Shown one piece after another: positions 37,037 through 46,851 of a stretch of 64,000 bases of DNA (position 1 is the stretch's first letter; every line of letters starts with the position of its first letter). The notes under the pieces were generated by a model. It was not told where the DNA came from. It saw only the letters and a list, made by a program, of their open reading frames with translations, and searched no databases. The DNA comes from Promethearchaeati archaeon SRVP18_Atabeyarchaeia-1 (lineage in GTDB: Archaea; Asgardarchaeota; Atabeyarchaeia; Atabeyarchaeales; Atabeyarchaeaceae): positions 672,001 to 736,000 of the forward strand of contig CP147779.1 in NCBI GenBank assembly GCA_037308085.1, read 5' to 3'. Position numbers and translations under genes: made by a program.

Positions 37037-38209
37037 TTAGGTGAACAACTGCGACGGGAATGCACGGCTTGTGTGCTTTCTTATCTTGTCGAGGGATTCG
37101 CCCAGTAGATCATCGTCAATGACATTGGCGTCTCGCAGCATTGCAGCGTGAAGCGCACCCTTGAGAAACTTCTCCTTGATGTCACGCCCCGACGCGCCGT
37201 CCAGCTCTGAGGCGAACCTCTCAAGATTTGCCTTCACGGGAAGCGGCAACCTGACAGCATAATGCCGGAGCATCCTTATTCTTTCATCCAATGTAGGCAG
37301 CTTGAATTCTATCTCTTCTTCAAACCTGCTGCGGATGGCCGAATCCAGAAACATTGGTGCATTTGTTGCGCCCACGGTGACTATGCCCGTGTTGGGTTTA
37401 ATCCCATCCATCTCAGCTAACAATGCATTAACAACTTCTGAAACGTCTCCCCTTATCGCTTGGTATTTCCTGTCAAGACCGACAGCGTCGAGTTCATCTA
37501 TGAATACTATTGAGCGCTCCACGTTTGAAGCTTCAGCGTAGAGATCATGGACTCTCTTTGCCCCTTCACCAACAAATGTACCAATAAGTTCAGTCGCCTT
37601 GGAGAGGGATATTGGAACCTTGCTTTCATTCGCCAGCGCCAAAGCAGTCATTGTTTTTCCAGTCCCAGGTGGACCGTAGAAAAGAATGTTGCGCGGAGCC
37701 CAGTCACCAAACTTCTGTGGCGAAGCAAGGTACTTCTGTATTATCTTGCACTTCTCTTTCGCTGCCTCATTCCCAATTATATCATCAAAGGCCACCTTCG
37801 CCCTCAAATTGGTCGTGGTTCTTTGCAGACTCTCGAGAACCACCTTCGTAGTTGATGTAATACAGGCGCCGTCAGGAACGATGTCAACGACCTCAAATGC
37901 GAAATTAGGAAACGTCTCTTGGTCAAAGAGAAAATCGCCTTTTCTTACACTTTGACCTCGCCATTGATCAGTAGCGTACGCCTGGAATAAGAGAGGGTTG
38001 TCGGTGGTTATTCTAAGAGGCTTGTCATCTCCCGGCGTGCGTAAGGGAAACCCTGCGGGGTGTAGGACAACAACTTCAGCGGGAGTGAGCAGGGACTCTT
38101 CCCTCTCAGTCTCCCCAATAATAGATTCATCGCGGTCGATCGTGATTCTTTTGCTTCGCTTGGGCATGGTGATTCCTCCACCTAGATCTCCTAGATCATG
38201 ACTTATCAA
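37037..38209 (-). CDS. AAA+ ATPase (archaeal COG1223-like)
   Basis: WAPRNILFYGPPGTGKT, FIDELD, ATN...SRFEEE. Confidence 0.9.
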   Translation of the reverse strand: MISHDLGDLGGGITMPKRSKRITIDRDESIIGETEREESLLTPAEVVVLHPAGFPLRTPGDDKPLRITTDNPLLFQAYATDQWRGQSVRKGDFLFDQETFPNFAFEVVDIVPDGACITSTTKVVLESLQRTTTNLRAKVAFDDIIGNEAAKEKCKIIQKYLASPQKFGDWAPRNILFYGPPGTGKTMTALALANESKVPISLSKATELIGTFVGEGAKRVHDLYAEASNVERSIVFIDELDAVGLDRKYQAIRGDVSEVVNALLAEMDGIKPNTGIVTVGATNAPMFLDSAIRSRFEEEIEFKLPTLDERIRMLRHYAVRLPLPVKANLERFASELDGASGRDIKEKFLKGALHAAMLRDANVIDDDLLGESLDKIRKHTSRAFPSQLFT

Positions 38210-38376
38210 GAAGCAGAAATAAACTTATGCGAGTTCACCAATCAAGTGACCGTCTAAACACACTTATATTATCCATTCCGCTTGATAAGTACTTCCTGTC
38301 TCAATTGGCTTGTGCGCTATCAGAACGTGTTAAGCATAAAAGTTTTTGGTTAAAGGGTTGTGAGGCGAATCACCTG

Positions 38377-38937
38377 TTGGACAGGTTAAGAACATTCATA
38401 GCAGTTGAATTAGCCCCTGAACTTCTGCCGGGGGTTTTGGACATACAGCGAGAAATCTTGGGCACTGGGGGAGATATAAAGGGTGTCGAACCCGAGAACA
38501 TCCATTTTACCCTCAAGTTCTTAGGTGAGATTCCTCAGTCGACTGTGAACGAAGTAATGCAGTGTATGAATGGATTGGATTTCAAATCCTTTGAAATTGA
38601 GGTGTCGGGAGTGGGGTGTTTTCCGACGATCCGGAACCCTCGCGTCGTATGGATCGGAGTGACTGACGGATTGGAGGATTTCTCCTCGCTTTCAAAGCAG
38701 TTAGAGAACTGCCTCAAATCGATCGGTCTTCCACCTGAGCGAGAACGATTTACGGCTCACTTGACCATAGGTCGCGTGAGAAGCGGGCGGAACAAGGCGG
38801 AACTTATGAGGAAACTCGCCGAGGATCTGAATGTAAAGATCGGAAGGATGACGGTCAGCGCGGTCAAACTCAAAAAGAGCACGCTGACTCCAAAGGGGCC
38901 CATTTACACAACATTACACGAGGTTAGAGGAAACTAG
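38377..38937 (+). CDS. thpR: RNA 2',3'-cyclic phosphodiesterase (2'-5' RNA ligase)
   Basis: Two HxT motifs (HFTLKFLG, HLTIGR). Confidence 0.92.
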   Translation: MDRLRTFIAVELAPELLPGVLDIQREILGTGGDIKGVEPENIHFTLKFLGEIPQSTVNEVMQCMNGLDFKSFEIEVSGVGCFPTIRNPRVVWIGVTDGLEDFSSLSKQLENCLKSIGLPPERERFTAHLTIGRVRSGRNKAELMRKLAEDLNVKIGRMTVSAVKLKKSTLTPKGPIYTTLHEVRGN

Positions 38938-39005
38938 TCAAAAGGACTTTTGTACAGTCACGCGGGATTGCATACCCCGCCAGAACGGAGGGTTGGAATG
39001 AGATT

Positions 39006-40424
39006 TTGCCAAACTCTAAGATTGACCAAGTCTGTATAGAGATGCTTCGGGAAGTAAAACCAGGACCAGCAGAGAGAGCTAAGTTATCAGCGTCCGTGTC
39101 GAAGGTCATTGACCGGCTCAAGAACCAGATTCTGCAGCTGGGAATAGGTGCATACCCTGAACTGGAAGGATCAGTCGCGCACGGAACTTGGATTTCTGGC
39201 GTACGCGACATCGACGTGTTCATTATTTTCCCACTGCAAACCCCCTTGGACCAGATCAAAAAGACAGGTCTAGAGCTAGGCAAGCAAGTGTCTGACGGAA
39301 ATTGGAGAGAACGATATGCTGAGCACCCATTCATAGAAGCGGTAATTGACGATTACAGAATAGACATAGTACCGTGCTATAGAATCTCGAAATTCTCAGA
39401 AAGAGTCACATCAGTTGACAGGACACCACTTCACACGGAATACCTCGCAAAACGACTCACAGACAAGGAGAGAGACGAGACAATACTCCTCAAAGCATTT
39501 ATGAAAGGTATCGGAGTCTATGGAGCCGAATTGCGGGTGAAAGGTTTCTCAGGATATCTGTGCGAATTGTTGACGCTACACTACGGCTCATTGGAGCAAG
39601 TCCTAAGAGGAGTGCTCCGATGGAAGACCCGGGAAGTAATCGACATAGAGCAACACTACTCCGACAGTGATACTCTGGCAGAAGTATTTGGTGAGCCATT
39701 GATAGTTGTCGATCCAATTGACCCCACTAGGAACGTCGCCGCGGCCGTTTCAGCAGACAGAATCGCCGAGATAAAGGCTGCGGCCCGGTTCTTCCTCTCG
39801 GATCCTTCTGCATTATTCTTCAGACCACCGAAGATGAAACCGCTGAGCAATTCCAGACTTGGTGAAATTATTAGGGATAGAGGAACTGACTCGCTTTTCA
39901 TCCAGCTCCCTTGTCGCAACATATCCCCTGACATTGTCTGGGGCGAACTTGGAAAATCCTTGAAGGCGATAAAGAGGCTACTTGAGCTTCAAGACTTCCA
40001 AGTCATGAGCTGCGACGTGTGGTCTAACGAGAATGACTTGGCAGTAATGGCAATCGAATTGATGTCGGCAAGTCTTCCATCGGTCAAGATCCACGAAGGC
40101 CCTACAGCGGGGAATCCCAACCAAGGGAAATTCCTCGAAGCGCACGCCCATAGCGAGAAGACACTGGCTGGGCCATGGATCAAAGATGGAGAGTGGCAGG
40201 TTGAGCTAAAGAGGGATCACGTGAATGCAAAGAAGATGGTGGAAGGCAAGCTGGCAAAAGAAGAGCCGACTGCGATCGGGCTCTCTAAAGATGTGGGCAA
40301 GTGGATAAAAGAGGGCGGCAAGGTCCTCCTAAATGAAGAGATACTTCCGACATACTCAGCCGATGAGGGTTTCGCTGTGTTTCTTACGAAGTTCTACGGC
40401 AAGCGACCAAGCTGGCTTCGTTAG
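39006..40424 (+). CDS. cca: Class I CCA-adding enzyme
   Basis: GSVAHGTW..DIDVF, YAEHPF, VDRTPLH, GFSGYLCE, DPIDPTRNVAAA. Confidence 0.95.
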   Translation: MPNSKIDQVCIEMLREVKPGPAERAKLSASVSKVIDRLKNQILQLGIGAYPELEGSVAHGTWISGVRDIDVFIIFPLQTPLDQIKKTGLELGKQVSDGNWRERYAEHPFIEAVIDDYRIDIVPCYRISKFSERVTSVDRTPLHTEYLAKRLTDKERDETILLKAFMKGIGVYGAELRVKGFSGYLCELLTLHYGSLEQVLRGVLRWKTREVIDIEQHYSDSDTLAEVFGEPLIVVDPIDPTRNVAAAVSADRIAEIKAAARFFLSDPSALFFRPPKMKPLSNSRLGEIIRDRGTDSLFIQLPCRNISPDIVWGELGKSLKAIKRLLELQDFQVMSCDVWSNENDLAVMAIELMSASLPSVKIHEGPTAGNPNQGKFLEAHAHSEKTLAGPWIKDGEWQVELKRDHVNAKKMVEGKLAKEEPTAIGLSKDVGKWIKEGGKVLLNEEILPTYSADEGFAVFLTKFYGKRPSWLR

Positions 40425-41599
40425 ACTCTACTCAGTGCCAAAGCTCCCTTGGGGCAGACCTCCACGCATATCAGGCACCTGAAGCAGCTCTGGTTATTTA
40501 TTCTAGGGACGCCTTTCTCGATACTAATATTGTTCATTTTACACGATTTAACGCATACCCCGCAACCATCACAGTTCCCGGCAAGGATGATCGAACCAAC
40601 CCGACTGCTTCTCAAATCTCTCTCAACAGTATGAAAGGTCTGAATCTTGGGACCCCCCAGAACTTTCGCCAGAGGATGGACCAACGGATTCGTATACCGA
40701 GAAGTCCAGAAGGGCTGGATAACCTGAAGGATCCTCCCGAGGAAGCTTTGGCTCAACAACCTGGGGCTAATCCTGTCTCCAACCAGTTTCACATCCTTGA
40801 CTTCGCCGAGTCCCCTGGCATGGGCTAGCTTGGTCAACTTGACCTCCGACGGATTCAACCCAGCGATTCTCTCGGAAACGGCATCGACAGCTACAAGATC
40901 CTTTCCAGCGATCAGCATGTCCAGCTTCAACGGTTTTCCCTCAGTTGGTCCAAAGTAGGGACCAGAAGAGCGGACAGATTCTGAGCCTACTGTGCCATCA
41001 ACGAGACCAAATATCACCTTGTCCTTGAAGACCTGAAATAGGTCAATAATAGGATCATACAAACCGATCACATGAATCTTAGTTCGCTGATCCTGCCAAG
41101 TCAACCCTTTCAAGTTCTTGATGCACAGACTCATACCTGTGAAGAAGTGGGGTTTGAAGACCGCAACCGATACAATCTTGTCTACGGTCAGCGCTGTTTT
41201 CACGACTTTAACCTTGTTCATTACCTTAGCGTTTGGAATGTGAATGGTCACAGCCTCATCTCTCGAAAAGTCCACAAATTGGCCACCTGCATGCGTGACA
41301 GCTTTCTCCATGCCTATTGTGCGATAAGTTTCCTCGGGATCCCACCCTACAATAGGCAGGTCGCCGACGAGTGGCTGACCGCCAGCGTCTTTAACCAATC
41401 TGACTAATGAAGCAACAACCTCTACACTTGTGACCAGCCCGCTCCCTGACGGTTTGGCGCAGCTCATGTTCGGCTTGATCAGAACACTCTCACCGCGCTT
41501 GATATCGATTCCACCCGCGAGCTCAACGACTCTTCGAACCGACTTGTCTACTCCATTAGCTGTTTTCACCGTCGCGACCAATGATGTCAAGCTGCTCAA
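40421..41599 (-). CDS. DUF362 domain protein with C-terminal 2x[4Fe-4S] ferredoxin
   Basis: VLIKPN, K.H...G.SL.IKNLKG, CDGCGVCVKSC, CFRCLICVEVCP. Confidence 0.88.
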   Translation of the reverse strand: MSSLTSLVATVKTANGVDKSVRRVVELAGGIDIKRGESVLIKPNMSCAKPSGSGLVTSVEVVASLVRLVKDAGGQPLVGDLPIVGWDPEETYRTIGMEKAVTHAGGQFVDFSRDEAVTIHIPNAKVMNKVKVVKTALTVDKIVSVAVFKPHFFTGMSLCIKNLKGLTWQDQRTKIHVIGLYDPIIDLFQVFKDKVIFGLVDGTVGSESVRSSGPYFGPTEGKPLKLDMLIAGKDLVAVDAVSERIAGLNPSEVKLTKLAHARGLGEVKDVKLVGDRISPRLLSQSFLGRILQVIQPFWTSRYTNPLVHPLAKVLGGPKIQTFHTVERDLRSSRVGSIILAGNCDGCGVCVKSCKMNNISIEKGVPRINNQSCFRCLICVEVCPKGALALSRV

Positions 41600-41890
41600 A
41601 CCTCCGCAAACAATATCCGCAAAGACTCCAGTGCCACAGAGAAGAAGTCAAGATGCGCGTCTTCTTGTAGGACCTAGTTACTTCGAATATTAAAGTATTA
41701 GTGTGGCGACTAGGATTGCTGCGGGTTTTAAAAGAGACTGGGTCTCTAAGGAGGTCACCTGCCCGCAATGGTGGATCGATCTGGACCAAGATAAGTCAGT
41801 CACATCTTCTTCTGTGATGAACTGGTCTGCACAGATTAGGAAATCAAAAAAGGGGAAGTTAAGTTAGTGGGCTCCGGTCCTTCTATATTC

Positions 41891-42166
41891 CTATCTCCCC
41901 CTTCCTTTAGCTTTTCCTTTGGCATGCTCCGGGAAGGGTTTCCTGGCCTCCTTGGCTGGCTTAGCCTCATGCATTCCGTGTTCCTTGTGCTCCTCGCCAT
42001 GCATTCCGTGTTCCTTGTGCTCCTCGCCATGCATTCCGTGTTCCTTGTGCTCCTCGCCATGCATTCCAGGTCCCCTATGCTTCTCACCATGCATCCCTGC
42101 TCCTTCTTTTACTTCTTCAGGCTCTTCTTTCTCGACTTCCGTATCTTCCTCTTCTTCTTCTCCCAA
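41891..42166 (-). CDS. Small His/Glu-rich repeat protein
   Basis: Strong SD GGAGGTGA before the TTG start; (GMHGEEHKEH)3; oligo-T tract downstream. Confidence 0.75.
   Translation of the reverse strand: MGEEEEEDTEVEKEEPEEVKEGAGMHGEKHRGPGMHGEEHKEHGMHGEEHKEHGMHGEEHKEHGMHEAKPAKEARKPFPEHAKGKAKGRGR
41971..42090. repeat. 30-bp coding tandem repeat
   Basis: GCATTCCGTGTTCCTTGTGCTCCTCGCCAT x3 exact plus one diverged copy. Confidence 0.95.
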
Positions 42167-42678
42167 GTTTGGCTTTCACCTCCTAAAGGATTTGAGCAAT
42201 CAACTATCGGCGCTTCTTGTTTATCAAATGCACCTATCTATTGACAGTCCCATTAATGAATAGTGTGGGATTCTTGCTTCCTGTTGAGCCTTCATGACGG
42301 GTCTTGTTCAGACAAAACCACAATGAGCCATCTCTACCTATTCCGTTCTCAGGTACGTTTTGTCTCTTCTCTTTACTTTTCAAAACAAGTCTGCCCGAAG
42401 CCTAGCGTGAGTTACCCCTCCCAATTCATTATAACTCTACTGGCACAGTAGATAGTCATAACTCCGTCGGTAGGCGCGTTTGGCGAAGTCAAGGGTTTGG
42501 AGGGTCGCATGAGACAACTCCAAGCTGCAAGCCCACCACCCCACGCGGTTGGTAACTGACCAGTCTTCAAAGTGGAACAGAACCATGAAGCATACAGGCG
42601 CCAAGACGATCATACGGGAAACAAAGATTAAATATGAAACCAAGCAGAAACTACATGTCAGAATGCGAAGAGTAATGC

Positions 42679-42780
42679 GGGGCCGTAGTCCAGACCCTAG
42701 GTCTAGTTGCCTGGCTGGAATGGTAAGATGCCTCCCCGGGGCGGAGGTGATCGTGGGTTCAAATCCCACCGGTCCCACCA
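42679..42780 (+). tRNA. tRNA-Pro(GGG) with D-loop intron (17/17a: 42696-42720) and C at position 33
   Basis: Acceptor stem GGGGCCG/CGGTCCC plus ACCA; BHB central helix CCAG/CTGG; anticodon arm CCTCC-CC-GGG-GC-GGAGG. Confidence 0.9.
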
Positions 42781-43038
42781 CTTTCCGTGTTGACTGGTTC
42801 TCTCGGCACCGGTCATCCTCTCACTTACGCAAGGAAGCTTCTAAGCTTTCTCTATTAGAAGGAGAGAGACTAGGTTTGAGTATCCTAGCGCAGATGAGAG
42901 GGAGCTCCCTTCGTCAAAGAAACTTTATTAGTCCTTGTCGATCGTTCACTTCTCTTGGCAGAGCTTCCGCTTAATATCCCGATGATCCCGTGTCGGTTAC
43001 ATGTGCAAGATTAGTCAGATTGTTGGGTGATCAGATAG

Positions 43039-44250
43039 ATGGTGAAAAGTGTTCGCTTGTTTCTGTACGCGACTGATGATGAGATCAAGAAATGTGAAAC
43101 GGCTGACATCTACCTATTCAGAACCAAGGAGATACTTGAGAGAAAGGGGCTAGCCGACAAGAAGGTCGTCGTCGAGGTGACCACGGGGGAACTCCCTGAC
43201 GCGATTGAGTGGGGAGTCTTGTGTGGTGTCGGCGAGGTTGCCAGGCTTCTTGAAGGTTTGCCAATAAACGTCTACTGCATGCGCGAGGGAACTATCTTCC
43301 ATTCAAGAGACTACGAAGGCATAAGGGCCCCAGTAATCGTGGTTGAAGGAGCCTTCTCGAAGTTTGTCTTATATGATACCTCAATGCTGGGTCTGATCTG
43401 CCAGTCATCAGGCATCGCTACTAGAACCGCCAGACTCCGGAAGATCATTGGAAAAGACAAATCCCTTCAGAGTTTTGGAATAAGGAGGATGCATCCAGCC
43501 ATTTCTCCGCTAATTGACTACGCCGCTTACATTGGGACCGCAGATGGAGTCAGCGGCGTCGCGGGTGCGCACCTCATCGGGATTGAGCCATCGGGCACAA
43601 TTCCTCACACTCTGATTCTCTTATTCTACGATGCTTTCGGTAGTCAGGTTGCGGCCTGGAAGGCTTTCGACGAGATCATGCCGCCTGAAGTTCCTAGGGT
43701 CGCTCTTTGCGACACTCTGTATGATGAGAAGATCGAGTCTCTCATGGCGGCTGAGGCACTGGGGAAGCGCTTGGCGATGGTCAGACTTGATACTGTTGGG
43801 AGCCGCAGAGGCAACATGCCTGACATTGTAAGGGAAGTTCGGCATGAGCTTGATCTCAGAGGATACAATCACGTCAAAATAATGGTTTCAGGGGGCCTGA
43901 ATGAGCAGTCAGTCAAAGAGCTCGCTCAGCTCGCTGATGGGTTCGGTGTGGGTACCTACATCAGTAATTCTCCGACGGTTGATTTTTCTTTCGACATCGT
44001 TGAAATCGAAGGCAAGCCCATTGCCAAGCGTGGCAAGGTGTCGGGCAAGAAACAAGTGTACCGGTGTCCGAACTGCTACATTGACTTGGCTGCCCCATTC
44101 GGCAGGTCACCCGCATGCCCAAGATGCCAAGGAAAGATGGAACCACTACTACTGCCTCTGATCAAAGAGGGAAAGGTTGTCGCGAAACTACTAAGCGCAC
44201 GGGAAATAAGGGAACAGGTGCTGAAGCAACTCGGAAAAGTGCCCCTGTGA
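43039..44250 (+). CDS. pncB: Nicotinate phosphoribosyltransferase
   Basis: ADIYLFRT, SFGIRRMHP, GTIPH, VRLDT, SGGL, GFGVGT. Confidence 0.9.
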   Translation: MVKSVRLFLYATDDEIKKCETADIYLFRTKEILERKGLADKKVVVEVTTGELPDAIEWGVLCGVGEVARLLEGLPINVYCMREGTIFHSRDYEGIRAPVIVVEGAFSKFVLYDTSMLGLICQSSGIATRTARLRKIIGKDKSLQSFGIRRMHPAISPLIDYAAYIGTADGVSGVAGAHLIGIEPSGTIPHTLILLFYDAFGSQVAAWKAFDEIMPPEVPRVALCDTLYDEKIESLMAAEALGKRLAMVRLDTVGSRRGNMPDIVREVRHELDLRGYNHVKIMVSGGLNEQSVKELAQLADGFGVGTYISNSPTVDFSFDIVEIEGKPIAKRGKVSGKKQVYRCPNCYIDLAAPFGRSPACPRCQGKMEPLLLPLIKEGKVVAKLLSAREIREQVLKQLGKVPL

Positions 44251-44278
44251 GGTACGCGTCTCCCCCTGAGAGCCCAGG

Positions 44279-45361
44279 CTAGAGATCCCAGTAGCTCGAC
44301 TGAATTCTTTTGACTTCCTTCAGCAGCCTCTCGACGTAGCCTTTAACCCGTTCATCAGGATTTGGCTGTGGGTCATTCACTTCCATCTTAATGCCTGTGA
44401 GCTGGGAGAGAACGCTTAGTATGCAACCAGGCAGAGCCTCCAGACTATACCCACCTTCCAGCGTGACAACGAGTCTTCCGGCGCAGAGCTCATCCGCTAG
44501 GTCCATGGCAACCCTCATTATTTCTCTGTAGGTGGTAGCAGTCAACTGCAGTGATGATATTGGATCAAGGTGATGCGCATCAAACCCATTTGACACAAGG
44601 ACTATCTGCGGTTTGTACTCTCTTGCAATGGGAACAGCAATTTCATTTACGGCCTTCAGGTAAGACTCATGGCCTGTGAGAGGCGGCAGCGGCACATTGA
44701 CTGTATACCCTTCGCCTTCTTTTTCACCAACCTCATCTTGAAACCCTGTTCCAGGATACAGTGTTCTTCCGTCTTGATGGAAGCTGATGTACAAGACGTA
44801 CTGTTTATCATAGAAGATGTCCTGCGTACCATTTCCATGGTGGCAATCGCAATCAAGTATCAGTATTCTATCGTATTTTTTCTCTGAGTGTAGTTGCTCC
44901 GCCAAAACTGCAATATTGTTGAAGAAGCAGAACCCACGTGCCGAAGTTGCGTTCGCATGGTGTCCAGGCGGTCTAACCATCGCATAAGCGTTCCTTGCCT
45001 TACCGCCAACCACCTCTTCCCCGGCAAGCAGTATACCACCGACTGCCAAGAGAGCGGCTTCATATGTTCCCAACGAAGCAGGTGTGTCCGGATCAGCATA
45101 GGAGCCGCTAGCAGAGATCTTCTTCACAAAATCGATGTGGGACCTCGGGTGGACTCTCAGGATGGCTTTTTCAGAGTTGTCCATAGAGGGTTCAAGAAGT
45201 CTAATAGCCTCATCCTGTCCGAGCAGCCCACTTTCCTTGATAGCCTTCATCATGACTTCTAGCCTTTGCCTAGACTCCGGGTGACCTGCCCCAGTGTCAT
45301 GGTTCAGATACTTCGCGTGGTAGATTAGGGCAGTGTTCATCTTATCTGGCATAAGTATCAT
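44279..45361 (-). CDS. Histone deacetylase-family amidohydrolase
   Basis: HPES..RL, RPPGHHA, GFCFFNN, DCHHGNGTQ, LEGGY. Confidence 0.92.
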   Translation of the reverse strand: MILMPDKMNTALIYHAKYLNHDTGAGHPESRQRLEVMMKAIKESGLLGQDEAIRLLEPSMDNSEKAILRVHPRSHIDFVKKISASGSYADPDTPASLGTYEAALLAVGGILLAGEEVVGGKARNAYAMVRPPGHHANATSARGFCFFNNIAVLAEQLHSEKKYDRILILDCDCHHGNGTQDIFYDKQYVLYISFHQDGRTLYPGTGFQDEVGEKEGEGYTVNVPLPPLTGHESYLKAVNEIAVPIAREYKPQIVLVSNGFDAHHLDPISSLQLTATTYREIMRVAMDLADELCAGRLVVTLEGGYSLEALPGCILSVLSQLTGIKMEVNDPQPNPDERVKGYVERLLKEVKRIQSSYWDL

Positions 45362-45374
45362 CTGGGGGAAGCTC

Positions 45375-46760
45375 TTACAAGGCAGTCCTCCGGTCTTTTT
45401 CTTCGAGTGTCCGCTTGACTGCCCGGTCTATGATCTCGCCGGTCTTTCCAAGGTACTCGTCTGGGTTCAAGGCGTCCTCGATATCCTTTTCAGAGAGATA
45501 CGATCTCACAGTCCTGTTTTCGGCAAGAACTTGTTTGAAAGGCTTCTTCGTTCTTATGGAGTTCATTGCACACTGCCTCACTAATTCATGCGCGTCTTGC
45601 CGGCCCATTCCCTTCTTTGCGATGAGGAGTGTGATGCTCTCCGACATTATCAGTCCTTGTCCCAGCTCCAGATTCCTTTCCATATTATCCTTCTGAATAG
45701 TAAGTCCCATGAGTATCTTCGTCATGGTTCTCAGCATTTCATCCATCAGTATGCATGATTGCGGGATAATGAATCTCTCATTAGCCGAGTTCGTTAGATC
45801 GCGCTCATGCCAAAGCGGGATGTTCTCAAGCGAGACTATAACGAGTGATCGCATAAGCTTAGCTAAGCTGCATACTCTTTCACATTTCACAGGGTTAACC
45901 TTGGCGGGCATGGTCGAGGAACCGACCTGCTTATCCATCCGGAAAGGCTCCACAAGTTCCTGTATCTCCGTTCTCTGAAGGTTACGGACTTCCGTGGCAA
46001 ACTTATCCAGTGACGAAGCTATCAACGCCAACAGTGAGATGAATTCCGCATGTCTATCTCTCTGCACAATCTGGGTGGAGACTTCCACTGGCTTCAGGCC
46101 AAGCTCATCCATAACCATCTCTTGGATTTCAAACATCTTGGAGCCAAATCCAGCTCCGGTTCCAACTGCCCCCGACATCTTGCCAACCAGTATCCTCTCC
46201 CTGCATTGGCTGAGCCTCTGAACATGTCGCGATATTTCCCTCATCCAGACGGCGAACTTCAATCCCAAGGTGATTGGAGCAGCATGAATGCCATGTGTGC
46301 GCCCGGCCATTGCCTGATCCTTGTACTTCACAGACAGATCGATAAGGATTGACTCGAGTTCAACTATCTCCTGAAGAATGATCGTGAAAGCATCCCGTAT
46401 CTGTAGGGCGAGCGCTGTGTCTTCGATATCGTAGCTCGTCGCCCCGAAGTGAACCCACTTGCCACTCTCTCCGCAAACCTCAGAGAGTGCTCTTACCATC
46501 GCCATGAGGTCGTGGTCGATCTCCTTCTCAATGGCCTTTACCCTTTCAAGTTTCACCAGATCTGTAGAAGCTTTCTTCTCAATTTCATCTGCCGCTTCGA
46601 CGGGGATGTTCCCTACTTTGGCGTTAGCCTTAGCCAGGGCTGCCTCGACGAGAAGCCACTTCTGAAGCCTGTTCTCCTCATTGAATATTCTGCGTATCTC
46701 TTCCGAGCCATATCTCCCAGAGTCTATAGGACAAATCGCCAAGGTTCTCTCAACCCTCAA
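45375..46760 (-). CDS. purB: Adenylosuccinate lyase
   Basis: HFGATS, GRTHG, GSSTMPAKVNP, HERDLTNS. Confidence 0.95.
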   Translation of the reverse strand: MRVERTLAICPIDSGRYGSEEIRRIFNEENRLQKWLLVEAALAKANAKVGNIPVEAADEIEKKASTDLVKLERVKAIEKEIDHDLMAMVRALSEVCGESGKWVHFGATSYDIEDTALALQIRDAFTIILQEIVELESILIDLSVKYKDQAMAGRTHGIHAAPITLGLKFAVWMREISRHVQRLSQCRERILVGKMSGAVGTGAGFGSKMFEIQEMVMDELGLKPVEVSTQIVQRDRHAEFISLLALIASSLDKFATEVRNLQRTEIQELVEPFRMDKQVGSSTMPAKVNPVKCERVCSLAKLMRSLVIVSLENIPLWHERDLTNSANERFIIPQSCILMDEMLRTMTKILMGLTIQKDNMERNLELGQGLIMSESITLLIAKKGMGRQDAHELVRQCAMNSIRTKKPFKQVLAENRTVRSYLSEKDIEDALNPDEYLGKTGEIIDRAVKRTLEEKDRRTAL

Positions 46761-46851
46761 ACTTCATGCGAATCAGTCGTTTCCTCAGCCAAATCGCGAG
46801 ACGACAGCTCTCCAGGCACAGTCTCTACTGTACGCCTCCTTTTGAAAAGCT

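Noticed and set aside
41971-42090. CRISPR array (30-bp repeats); likewise the 15-bp array in dnaG
   Set aside because: The repeats are head-to-tail with no spacers, are multiples of 3 and in frame, and no cas genes are present.
42470-42605. tRNA-Sec-like element (CTTCAAA loop, GGCGC...GGCGCCA)
   Set aside because: No anticodon stem, T-arm or acceptor stem can be built.
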